Shown here piece by piece: positions 1 to 6,976 of a stretch of 23,594 nt of DNA. The position numbers were made by a program, and so were the translations under genes. The notes beneath the pieces are model-generated. The model was not told where the DNA came from, did no database searches, and saw only the letters and a program-made list of their open reading frames with translations. Position 1 is the stretch's first letter. Each line of letters starts with the position of its first letter. Source of the stretch: a virus (taxonomy: Duplodnaviria > Heunggongvirae > Uroviricota > Caudoviricetes); the IMG/VR virus record IMGVR_UViG_2563366837_000008, one strand, 5' to 3'.

Positions 1-468
1 TTATTTCAGGCACTGAGTACGGATATATTCCTGCGCCCCTTCCAGTTGCTTCTGCATCGTCATCAGCCGCTCTCTGAGGGTGAAATAATCCCGTGTAACG
101 GTGTCTGCCAGTTGGGGGCCGGTTGCATTATCCACGCGGGCGGTGCCGGTGGCTTCACGCACGGGACCTGGACAGGTGGCGTTGATACGCAGGCGCTTAC
201 GACCAGCGGCAACGTCAGCGCGAAGAGTTTCATTTTCAGCTTTCGCATCAGCTAACTCCTTCGTGTATTTTGCATCGAGCGCAGCAACATCACGCTGACG
301 CATCTGCATGTCAGTAATTGCCGCGTTCGCCAGCTTCAGTTCTCTGGCATTTTTGTCGCGCTGGGCTTTGTAGGTAATGGCGTTATCACGGTAATGATTC
401 AGCCCCAGACTAAGCGCACCACAGGCCACCAGCAGGGCAATGATGACCACGCACAGTACGCGGTTCAT
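1..468 (-). CDS. Rz: Rz i-spanin (inner-membrane spanin subunit), 155 aa
   Basis: N-terminal TM segment then charged coiled-coil-like region; sequence reads as a lambda Rz homolog ([44 protein letters not shown], recognised from memory); Rz1 is embedded in the +1 frame; last gene of a lysis cassette. Confidence 0.85.
   Translation of the reverse strand: MNRVLCVVIIALLVACGALSLGLNHYRDNAITYKAQRDKNARELKLANAAITDMQMRQRDVAALDAKYTKELADAKAENETLRADVAAGRKRLRINATCPGPVREATGTARVDNATGPQLADTVTRDYFTLRERLMTMQKQLEGAQEYIRTQCLK
63..248 (-). CDS. Rz1: Rz1 o-spanin, outer-membrane lipoprotein, 61 aa, embedded within Rz
   Basis: Signal peptide with lipobox (LVVSAC), proline-rich mature part ([22 protein letters not shown]); entirely nested in Rz in another frame, as in lambda Rz/Rz1. 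Confidence 0.8.
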   Translation of the reverse strand: MRKLKMKLFALTLPLVVSACVSTPPVQVPCVKPPAPPAWIMQPAPNWQTPLHGIISPSESG

Positions 469-469
469 T

Positions 470-568
470 TCACCACCAGCGTATCTGACCGATGAAATAA
501 CCGGAGGCCATAATCACAAACACCAGCCAGATAAGAATGAACTTCCAGGTGGATAATTTTTCAGCCAT
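470..568 (-). CDS. Small hydrophobic ORF, 32 aa ([32 protein letters not shown]), hypothetical single-TM peptide between endolysin and Rz
   Basis: Hand-translated; GGGAGA Shine-Dalgarno about 9 nt upstream of the ATG; its stop lies 1 nt from the Rz ATG; below the 60-aa cutoff of the ORF track. Uncertain. Confidence 0.3.
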   Translation of the reverse strand: MAEKLSTWKFILIWLVFVIMASGYFIGQIRWW

Positions 569-643
569 CACTCGAATCTCCCGAATCAGTTTGCTAAAAT
601 CAAACACACTTTCTCCTTTGACTTTTCCGGAGTCAGGAAACAC

Positions 644-677
644 AAAACCCCGCTTGGTGCCAACAAACGGGGTTTTT
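644..677. terminator. GC-rich hairpin flanked by an A-run and a T-run (AAAACCCCG...CGGGGTTTTT), bidirectional terminator-like element between endolysin and Rz
   Basis: Inverted repeat CCCCG/CGGGG with flanking AAAA and TTTTT seen directly in the sequence. Confidence 0.4.
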
Positions 678-766
678 ACTTTTATTCACTTACGTTTCGC
701 CAGTTCGCAGGATTTCGTGTTATCCGCCCGCGTGGCCATACCTTATTTTTCAGCAAAATATTCTGC

Positions 767-1300
767 TTATCTGTCGATTCCCCAGCACGCCAGCGCGCTC
801 TCCTGGTCACGACGGGATACCTGACCGTAGCAGTTGTTTGAACGAATACGGCAGTCTCTGCCACCGTCCTTAATCCACCAGCGAATCGCCTCACACGCTC
901 CCCTGCGATCACCTGCATTAATTCGTTTATAAAACGTCGACGGGAAACACTTACCGGGACCAATGTTGTACGGACAGAATGACGCGATCCCCGCTTTCTG
1001 GGGTTCACTCAATGGCACTCTGATGTTTTTCTCCACCCATGCCAGCGCCTTATCACGCTCAATGGCGTTAACCCGGTCGCATTTTTCCTTCGACAACTTC
1101 ATGCCCGGAACGACAGGTTTGCCATCCACCAGGATGGCACCGCGGCAGATGGTCCAGATACCCGCACCATCACGGTATGCCGTGGTGTGGTTACCTTCCT
1201 TTTCATCCAGAAACTGGTCGAGAATGTCAGGCGCAGGCGCACCAGCGGCAATCAGCGCCAGAACGGCAGCCGACAGGCCGTATCTGATTTTTGCGTTCAT
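767..1300 (-). CDS. R: SAR endolysin (phage lysozyme, GH24/T4-lysozyme-like), 177 aa
   Basis: N-terminal signal-anchor-release segment (LSAAVLALIAAGAPAP); catalytic E-x8-D-x5-T pattern (EGNHTTAYRDGAGIWTICRG); reads as the RrrQ/RrrD/P21-R family from memory. Confidence 0.85.
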   Translation of the reverse strand: MNAKIRYGLSAAVLALIAAGAPAPDILDQFLDEKEGNHTTAYRDGAGIWTICRGAILVDGKPVVPGMKLSKEKCDRVNAIERDKALAWVEKNIRVPLSEPQKAGIASFCPYNIGPGKCFPSTFYKRINAGDRRGACEAIRWWIKDGGRDCRIRSNNCYGQVSRRDQESALACWGIDR

Positions 1301-1405
1301 GGATATTTATCAGGATTTATCGGTTTCTGAGCCCTGGATATGTTTATCAGTTCCAGCCTGTTGCCTCAGGCTGCTAACAGGTCAATACAATCATGAGGAT
1401 TATTT

Positions 1406-1678
1406 ATGGACAATAACACCATTTCTCTACAGGAGTTGCTCGACAGCATTTCCAGGCTTCGGGAAGACGTGAATACCCTTACCGTCGCCTTCTCATATCT
1501 GGCATTCTCAATTCCAAGGGAACAGATGCAATCAACGCTGGCATCAATCCAGTTTGAATCATGCAATCCCAAATGGTCTCAGGAACAACAAGACTCTTTC
1601 AGGCGGCTTGCTGTATTACTGGATGAAAAATATGCTGGTAAAATTACCATTTCGGCGGACTCTTCAGAGAACCCGTAA
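1406..1678 (+). CDS. Hypothetical protein, 90 aa, opposite orientation inside the lysis cassette
   Basis: ORF with GAGG Shine-Dalgarno 8 nt upstream of the ATG; occupies an otherwise gene-free 340-bp gap; its 3' end overlaps the DUF1327 gene by 35 bp; no recognisable domain. Confidence 0.35.
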   Translation: MDNNTISLQELLDSISRLREDVNTLTVAFSYLAFSIPREQMQSTLASIQFESCNPKWSQEQQDSFRRLAVLLDEKYAGKITISADSSENP

Positions 1679-1988
1679 TTATTCCCGGTAGTTTTCCTCT
1701 GTAGGTTATCAACACATCCTGCGCCTCTAAAATTACGGGGCGCTTTTCCGGCGACTGCTCATCCCCTTCACATAACCCGGCAGCAACATCCAGGAAGACC
1801 TGTCTGATGCTCCTTCTGGCTGCTGCCTCATAAAACTCCAGCGCGGCACCTTCAACACGGTCCAGCGAGATGTCCAGGTCAAAAATTTCACCGTCAAAGC
1901 GTTTTTTGTCCCGTAACGCTAAAGTTACCGTAACTTTATTCTCAAAATTGCGGATCCCTTTCACAATCAGTTCATAGTTTTGAGTCAT
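1644..1988 (-). CDS. ydfR: DUF1327 / YdfR-like prophage protein, 114 aa
   Basis: Position between holin and endolysin as in the Qin prophage; N-terminus MTQNYELIVKGIRNFENKVTVT resembles YdfR from memory; GGAGA RBS. Confidence 0.55.
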   Translation of the reverse strand: MTQNYELIVKGIRNFENKVTVTLALRDKKRFDGEIFDLDISLDRVEGAALEFYEAAARRSIRQVFLDVAAGLCEGDEQSPEKRPVILEAQDVLITYRGKLPGIITGSLKSPPKW

Positions 1989-1992
1989 TGAA

Positions 1993-2208
1993 TTACTCTC
2001 CCCGTGCAGCCTTACGACGGTCCTCTCTGATTTTGAAATACAGGTTAGTCAGATATGTCAGCAGCCCAAACAGCAGACTCCCCAGCACGCCTATTGCCGC
2101 CCACTGAGACGGGGAAACCCTGTCCAGCAACTGCAGGAACCAGTAGCCCGTTCCCACCGCTGACGTGGTGTATGACACACCTGTTGTGATTTTTTCCATC
2201 TGGTACAT
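1993..2208 (-). CDS. S: Class II holin, phage-21 S21-type pinholin, 71 aa with dual-start motif (Met1 and Met4)
   Basis: [71 protein letters not shown]; two TM segments and a charged C-terminus; GGGAGA RBS; partner of a SAR endolysin. The track ORF (1993..2262) adds 18 aa upstream that I do not consider translated. Confidence 0.8.
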   Translation of the reverse strand: MYQMEKITTGVSYTTSAVGTGYWFLQLLDRVSPSQWAAIGVLGSLLFGLLTYLTNLYFKIREDRRKAARGE

Positions 2209-2279
2209 ACCCCGTCTCCCGTTATCCGGAAGCTGACAACAATAAAAAATATCCTCCGGCATAGCCGGAGGTTTTTCAA

Positions 2280-2990
2280 ATGCGCCTATAAGGCTCTCTT
2301 ACCAGCCGCGCCCTAACAGGCGCACACGATCTGACATTTGCATCCAACTTCGTTACTTACGGCCCGTAAACGGGCTGCCCGGATAGGGAATCGATAACTG
2401 CTCTCCCATTTTATCCTCTTCAAGCTGGTGCTTTATGTAATCCTGTATCTTCGCCGTGTTCTTACCCACCGTATCGACGTAGTACCCTCTGCACCAGAAC
2501 TCCCTGTTCCTGTATTTGAATTTCAAATCACCAAACTGCTCGTAAAGCATCAGACTGCTTTTCCCTTTCAGATATCCCATAAAGCCGGATACGCTCATTT
2601 TGGGCGGGATCTCCACAAGCATATGGATATGATCTGCACAGCATTCAGCTTCCAGAATCCGTACACTTTTCCACTCACACAGCTTTCTCAAAATACTGCC
2701 TATTGCTCTACGCTTCTCTCTGTAGAACACCTGTCTTCGGTATTTTGGCGCAAAAACTATGTGATATTTACAGTTCCATCGGGTGTGCGCTAAGCTCTTT
2801 TCGTTCCCCATTGGGACCCCCTTTTGATTTCTTGTTTGACACTTGCAGTTGCCAGACCGCAAGGTGTTTTAACAAATCAAAAGGGGTTTTAATAACTGGC
2901 TTAAAGCTGAAAGCTTTCCGGAACCCCCAGCCTAGCTGGGGGTTTTCTGTGCACAAAAAAAGCCACCAGTTAAGTACTGATGGCTCTGAT
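2280..2990 (-). mobile_element. IS200-family insertion sequence (IS200/IS605 group), about 0.7 kb; boundaries approximate
   Basis: Contains a 152-aa IS200-type TnpA; perfect hairpin ACCCCCAGC-CTA-GCTGGGGGT followed by TTTT at 2923..2946 upstream of tnpA, the characteristic IS200 left-end structure. Exact ends not determinable by eye. Confidence 0.6.
2353..2811 (-). CDS. tnpA: IS200 transposase TnpA (HUH/Y1 single-strand transposase), 152 aa
   Basis: MGNEKSLAHTRWNCKYHIVFAPKYRRQ... with the HUH motif (HIHMLVEIPP) and catalytic Tyr region; the track ORF starts 17 codons upstream at an alternative start. Confidence 0.9.
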   Translation of the reverse strand: MGNEKSLAHTRWNCKYHIVFAPKYRRQVFYREKRRAIGSILRKLCEWKSVRILEAECCADHIHMLVEIPPKMSVSGFMGYLKGKSSLMLYEQFGDLKFKYRNREFWCRGYYVDTVGKNTAKIQDYIKHQLEEDKMGEQLSIPYPGSPFTGRK

Positions 2991-3069
2991 AACTCATGCA
3001 GGCATCTCAGACGACCCACTGACACTACCGGTGAGTTTAACGATACCTTCCATTTGGCTGGCTCACTTT

Positions 3070-4923
3070 TTATGATGATGCCGGTGCATTTATCTCCAGC
3101 ACCAGACTTTCTATCTCAACGCCATACGCTGCATTTTTGGTAATATCCGTCAGCGTCAGCGCATTCAGCCCCAGTGTCAGACTGTCTTTTATGACCTGGA
3201 ATGCCGGGCCAGCCACTCCATTCAGTTTCGGAGTAACCGTGGCACTGCCGGCGGTGAACACCAGCTCCAGCGTCTGCCAGTCGTTACTGTAATTCCCGAA
3301 CTCGCCCAACTTTGTGTTTCCTGCTTTCTTGTGATGCATCAGATTCAGTTTGCCGTCTGTGGTCTGGGTGAAGAACGACATCAGGAACGGGTTACCAGTC
3401 CCGGTCATCGCCACGACGTCAGGTAACGCTACATCGGTATACAGATAAATTCCCAGACCGAACTGGTTGTTGGTCAGTGCGCCTGACAGTCGAAACTTAC
3501 AGCTCAGTCTGCCACCCCGTGTCAGCAGGGAGACTGCGTCATCCACCGGGCGCGTCAGGGACCAGGCTTTATTGCTCTGCTTGGTGATCTTAAATACACC
3601 ATCTGACAACTGAATTCCGCCATTCTTAATGCTCCAGCCCTGCGCAGCAGCGTCTCCGGCTGTCGGCAACAGGGAGATTGTGCGTATGGATGCATCTTCA
3701 GACGGCCCCGATGGCGTGTCGCCGCCGGGCGAGGCTTTGATTTCCGGTGCCTTACCACTAATGAAGGCTAAGGTGCGACCGGCTACGTTCAGAATAGCCG
3801 TTGCCATACGATCGGGAATAATGCCACGACGCGCCCATGAGCTGAAATGCGTCGGGCGATTTGATGATACCCAGTTTTTGTTCGTTCGGGATGCCGAACC
3901 GTAATAACCAGACCCGGCAATATCAGGATCTTCTGACGGGTTGTTTGTCGGTGTATTAACTCCGCTACCATCGGTCATAAAGGGAACAAAATAAATCTGC
4001 TGGGATTCTTTACCTTTATATGCACCATATACCACTTCATATTGCGTACCGTGTTCTTGTTTCCACGCGTATGTCGTGTCGCCACAAATCCAGGGGACTG
4101 ATGCCGGACTTCCACCGTGACACTGCGCCGCCAGCCCGGCAAGGTCAGCACGGAACTGCTGTACCATTGCAAGAAATGCTGCTGGCTGCTGGGCGTAACT
4201 GGCATTCGTCATATCGAATTCCCCCTGCATCCAGCATATCGCCAGCAAAACGTTTTTCGGGTTTTTCTGCAATGCTGCCTTCGTGCGGAAAAGCAGATCC
4301 TGATATAACGGCTTACCCACTCCCCAGCGAGCCGAATCCTGACTGGCTCCCGTGGACTCGCTGAATGTCCCCTCCGTGCCCTGGGTGAATGCCGAACCAC
4401 CACGACAGCATGGTACCAGCAGGATCCCCGCATTATTAGGGATATACGGAAGCAGTTTTTTGGCAATATGTAAGCCCTGTCCGACACAGCCGTACTGCCC
4501 TTTGCTCAGGTCAGCCCGGGGATGGTTAATCGTACTCATATCCTGAACATCATGCAGACAATGGTCAGCAGGAATGATGTCGTTAAATACGCATACTTCA
4601 CCACCGGGAGTCACTGTGTTACGACGGGCCAGTTGCTTAATGCGCGGATGGGGCGCATCGTATGAATCCGGAAGCGGAAGCCCTTCACCGTAAGCCATGG
4701 CATTGGATTGCCCGGCCAGTACGATGACGTAGTACCACTCCGGCTCAGTTGCACCACTGACGACCACATCACCTTCTGCTGCAATCGCCTGCATCAGGGT
4801 ATAAGGGGTTATGGCCACCGGACTACCAAACGGCTGCCAGCCCTCCTTCAGTTTTTGTGTCAGTCGTTTCGCAAGGTCTGACGGCGATGCCGCCCTGACC
4901 ACGTCATAGTGTTTAAATGCCAT
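3070..4923 (-). CDS. nanS: NanS-p-like prophage sialate O-acetylesterase (DUF1737 + SASA/SGNH hydrolase + C-terminal domain), 617 aa
   Basis: N-terminus MAFKHYDVVRAASPSDLAKRL...; SGNH-type nucleophile motif LAGQSNAMAYGEG; size and architecture match the esterase encoded just downstream of stx in Stx prophages (from memory). Confidence 0.8.
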   Translation of the reverse strand: MAFKHYDVVRAASPSDLAKRLTQKLKEGWQPFGSPVAITPYTLMQAIAAEGDVVVSGATEPEWYYVIVLAGQSNAMAYGEGLPLPDSYDAPHPRIKQLARRNTVTPGGEVCVFNDIIPADHCLHDVQDMSTINHPRADLSKGQYGCVGQGLHIAKKLLPYIPNNAGILLVPCCRGGSAFTQGTEGTFSESTGASQDSARWGVGKPLYQDLLFRTKAALQKNPKNVLLAICWMQGEFDMTNASYAQQPAAFLAMVQQFRADLAGLAAQCHGGSPASVPWICGDTTYAWKQEHGTQYEVVYGAYKGKESQQIYFVPFMTDGSGVNTPTNNPSEDPDIAGSGYYGSASRTNKNWVSSNRPTHFSSWARRGIIPDRMATAILNVAGRTLAFISGKAPEIKASPGGDTPSGPSEDASIRTISLLPTAGDAAAQGWSIKNGGIQLSDGVFKITKQSNKAWSLTRPVDDAVSLLTRGGRLSCKFRLSGALTNNQFGLGIYLYTDVALPDVVAMTGTGNPFLMSFFTQTTDGKLNLMHHKKAGNTKLGEFGNYSNDWQTLELVFTAGSATVTPKLNGVAGPAFQVIKDSLTLGLNALTLTDITKNAAYGVEIESLVLEINAPASS

Positions 4924-5113
4924 GAATCCTCCCGGGCGGGATAATGTTGTGAGTCAGATAAGGAGCAGGCTGAAGTCCGGAAGTTACAGGACAATGGCAG
5001 AAGGGAGACTACAGCCCGCAATTCGAAAAAGACCGCGCAGTTGCGCAGAGTGATTACTATGGGGTATTATTCGCCAGCTGAAATATTACTTCACGTTTTA
5101 TTGTTTATTCCTT

Positions 5114-5145
5114 GCCGCCCGCGTCTCCCAGCGCGGGCTTTTTTT
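5114..5145 (+). terminator. Rho-independent terminator on the + strand (GCCCGCG-loop-CGCGGGC followed by TTTTTTT)
   Basis: Perfect 7-bp GC stem and a 7-T run seen directly; no + strand gene upstream is apparent. Confidence 0.5.
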
Positions 5146-5149
5146 GTCC

Positions 5150-5176
5150 ATAAGAAAGCCCCTCCGGAGAGGGGCT
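5150..5176 (-). terminator. Rho-independent terminator on the - strand (AGCCCCTC-CGGA-GAGGGGCT followed on the - strand by TTTCTT); 3' end of repeat unit A
   Basis: 8-bp GC stem plus U-rich tract on the - strand; an identical hairpin recurs at 5644..5663 (unit B). Confidence 0.45.
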
Positions 5177-5395
5177 AAAGCCGCGTATCTGTATCATCAT
5201 GCACATGGTGCCGGGTGCCTCCCGGTGAGTTCAGCCCGGTGCCACTAAACCCGCGTCATTCTCGTTTTGATAATCAGAGATTATACCGTCACCAGTCGCC
5301 CCTCCGCTCAGGGGGATTCACCATGCGAAATTTTTTTAACAAATGCCCAGTCTGACAGGCAACTGTCAACTTACTGAATTGTGAGCAACATAGCA
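5153..5395. repeat. Non-coding direct repeat unit A, about 240 bp
   Basis: Shares with unit B these conserved blocks: AAAGCCCCTCCGGAGAGGGGCT, GCATGGTGCCGGGTGCCTCCCGGTGA, GCCCCTCCGC(T/A)CAGGGGGATTCACCATGC, TTTTAACAAA, CTGAATTGTGAG. Conservation is at hairpin/nucleotide level and falls in different reading frames in the two copies. Confidence 0.6.
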
Positions 5396-5421
5396 TTTAA
5401 CGGGGAACCTGTTTTCTGCAG

Positions 5422-5455
5422 TAAAAAGGCCCACCGGAGCGGATGGGCCTGGAAG
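5422..5455 (-). terminator. Terminator-like hairpin on the - strand (AGGCCCA...TGGGCCT followed by TTTTT) between the two repeat units
   Basis: Inverted repeat plus T-run (A-run on +) seen in the sequence. Confidence 0.4.
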
Positions 5456-5637
5456 GATAGCGGTCATGTGATGCCGGTTTCCCGGTAACTCAGCACCGGT
5501 ATCTGAGTCAACGTTTTCTCTACTGGGTCATTTCCGATACGCCCTGCCTGCTGACAGGCTTTCATCACATCTGAAAATATAGCACCCTGACTGATACTGT
5601 AGTACCTAAGGTTCCAGAAACTGTGATGTATCCGGCA

Positions 5638-5865
5638 CAGAAAAGCCCCTCCGGAGAGGGGCTGGAGAGTGGCGCTATGTGCCATTGCATGGTGCCGGGT
5701 GCCTCCCGGTGAATTCAGTACCAGCACCTGAATCCGCGATTATCCCATATACCTACTCGCTGATTGCCCCTCCGCACAGGGGGATTCACCATGCCAGTTT
5801 CTTTTAACAAACTCCCCGCAAACCAGACAACAGTCAACCGCCTGAATTGTGAGACATTTAAAAAA
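5638..5865. repeat. Non-coding direct repeat unit B (paralog of unit A), ending on the - strand in the same GC hairpin plus U-tract (5644..5663)
   Basis: See unit A; roughly 65-70 % identity overall by eye, with near-identical hairpin cores. Confidence 0.6.
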
Positions 5866-5897
5866 AGCCCGCAAAAGCGAGCCAGGGAAAATAAGTG

Positions 5898-5974
5898 TGG
5901 CGCGTTGTACTGGATTCGAACCAGTGACCGATTGCTTAGAAGGCAATTGCTCTGTCCGGCTGAGCTAACAACGC
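5898..5974 (-). tRNA. tRNA-Arg (anticodon UCU), 77 nt
   Basis: Hand-folded cloverleaf: acceptor GCGTTGT/ACAACGC, D stem GCTC/GAGC, anticodon stem ATTGC/GCAAT with loop CTTCTAA, T arm ACTGG-TTCGAAT-CCAGT, discriminator G plus CCA. Confidence 0.8.
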
Positions 5975-5987
5975 AGGATACAGATAA

Positions 5988-6064
5988 TGGACCGCCTTCG
6001 GGGACCCGAACTCCGCGCAACCAGCTTCGAAGGCTGGCGCTCTATCCTGATGAGCTAATGGCGG
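5988..6064 (-). tRNA. tRNA-Arg-like (anticodon UCG), 77 nt, with non-canonical features
   Basis: Anticodon stem CCAGC/GCTGG with loop CTTCGAA and D arm GCTC...GAGC are clean, but my fold has one acceptor-stem mismatch, one T-stem mismatch and T-loop TTCGGGT (G at position 58). Could be functional or degenerate. Confidence 0.5.
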
Positions 6065-6071
6065 TATGTGA

Positions 6072-6147
6072 TGGTGGCCCTTGCTGGATTTGAACCAGCG
6101 ACCTGGCGATTATGAGTCGCTCGCTCTCACCACTGAGCTAAAGGGCC
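6072..6147 (-). tRNA. ileZ: tRNA-Ile2 (anticodon CAU, lysidine-type; reads AUA), 76 nt
   Basis: Near-identical to E. coli ileX by memory (GGCCCTTTAGCTCAGTGGTGAGAGCGAGCGACTCATAATCGCCAGGTCGCTGGTTCAAATCCAGCAAGGGCCACCA); first tRNA downstream of Q, as ileZ is in Stx phages. Confidence 0.8.
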
Positions 6148-6187
6148 GGGAGCCGCATAATAACGACGCGTAATTAATTCTTCAATA

Positions 6188-6595
6188 TCATCCGTTCTGG
6201 CTGACTAAATCCTGTACTTCCCGAACCGTCTGCTCAAAACGTTCAGTCTCCAGCTCAACGCCAATTGCACGACGCCCGAGCGCCAGTGCCGCTTTCACTG
6301 TCGAACCCGACCCCATGAAAAAATCTGCAATCAGGTCACCCGGACGACTGCTAGCGCTGATTATCTGCTGCAGCATTTCTGCCGGTTTTTCGCACGGATG
6401 TTTCCCGGGATAGAACTGCACCGGTTTATGCGTCCAGACATCGGTATACGGCACCTGCGCCGTCACGCCAAAATACCGCCGCAGTCGGCATTCACAACCA
6501 CCAGCGCATTTAACGTTCAGGCACAAAAAAAACCGCTCATCGGCGGGTTTAAGCTGTGTGACGAAGTAACTACTCTTAACAGCATAACCAATTTT
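6188..6595 (-). pseudogene. C-terminal remnant of an N6/N4 DNA methyltransferase (PF01555-like); N-terminal catalytic half missing
   Basis: Contains the AdoMet-binding end (HPCEKPAEMLQQIISASSRPGDLIADFFMGSGSTVKAALALGRRAIGVELE) but no upstream DPPY/DPPW block; the frame is open only about 23 codons upstream of the track start, then hits a stop and AT-rich DNA. Confidence 0.6.
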
Positions 6596-6599
6596 TTAC

Positions 6600-6976
6600 G
6601 TACGTAAACTACTAAATGATATTTGTGAGAATGCCACCGAGTGTTCAAAACACCACCACAAATACATAAGAAAACTTCAACAAATAACCAATAAATAATT
6701 TCGGATGTTATTTTTAGTTTGTTTAAATTAAGCTAAAGAATTATAGACTACTTATAAATAAGTGCCATTAATATAAATTAGCTAATAGATTTATTTTTGT
6801 TCAAACAAGAGCCATGAATAGGATTAGATAGAAAAGGTTCAGATAAAAATAGAGATCTACTTCACAAATTAAATGAGAAACTAAAACTTACATCTTGAAA
6901 TAATCACATTGATTAGATGAATATTTATCGCGCAGTGACATCATTTTTTTATAATAGTTCAAAAAAAGGGCGTACA
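6600..6976 (+). promoter_or_regulatory. Strongly AT-rich upstream region of the porin gene (promoter/regulatory region of a horizontally acquired moron)
   Basis: About 380 bp of markedly AT-rich DNA immediately 5' of the porin start, sharply different from flanking composition; no promoter elements assigned. Confidence 0.3.

Noticed and set aside
46-298. + strand ORFs antisense to Rz and Rz1
   Set aside because: Antisense to the conserved Rz/Rz1 pair; Gly/Ala/Arg-rich translations typical of the reverse strand of GC-rich coding DNA.
1993-2262. Full 89-aa form of the holin ORF
   Set aside because: The extra N-terminal 18 residues are not part of S21-type holins; the internal Met pair with a GGGAGA RBS gives the canonical 71/68-aa dual-start holin.
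2428-3143. + strand ORFs of 121 and 146 aa overlapping the IS200 transposase region
   Set aside because: Antisense to tnpA and running across the IS200 end hairpin; no RBS.
3555-4546. Several 60-115-aa ORFs on both strands inside the nanS-p gene
   Set aside because: All are nested in alternative frames of a long, well-supported coding sequence.
5464-5727. 87-aa - strand ORF in the non-coding repeat region
   Set aside because: The part shared with repeat unit A is conserved as a hairpin in a different reading frame, so the conservation is structural, not protein-coding.
4924-5897. Search for stxA/stxB or other toxin genes between the tRNA cluster and nanS-p
   Set aside because: No ORF of adequate length or protein-like composition on either strand; the interval is filled with hairpins, terminators and repeats.
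5764-6093. 109-aa + strand ORF in the six-frame track
   Set aside because: It runs straight across repeat unit B and two of the tRNA genes; the tRNA and repeat structure explains this DNA better.
6917-6976. N-terminal extension of the porin ORF ([20 protein letters not shown])
   Set aside because: The signal peptide begins at the internal MKKLTV, which has its own RBS; the extension has none.
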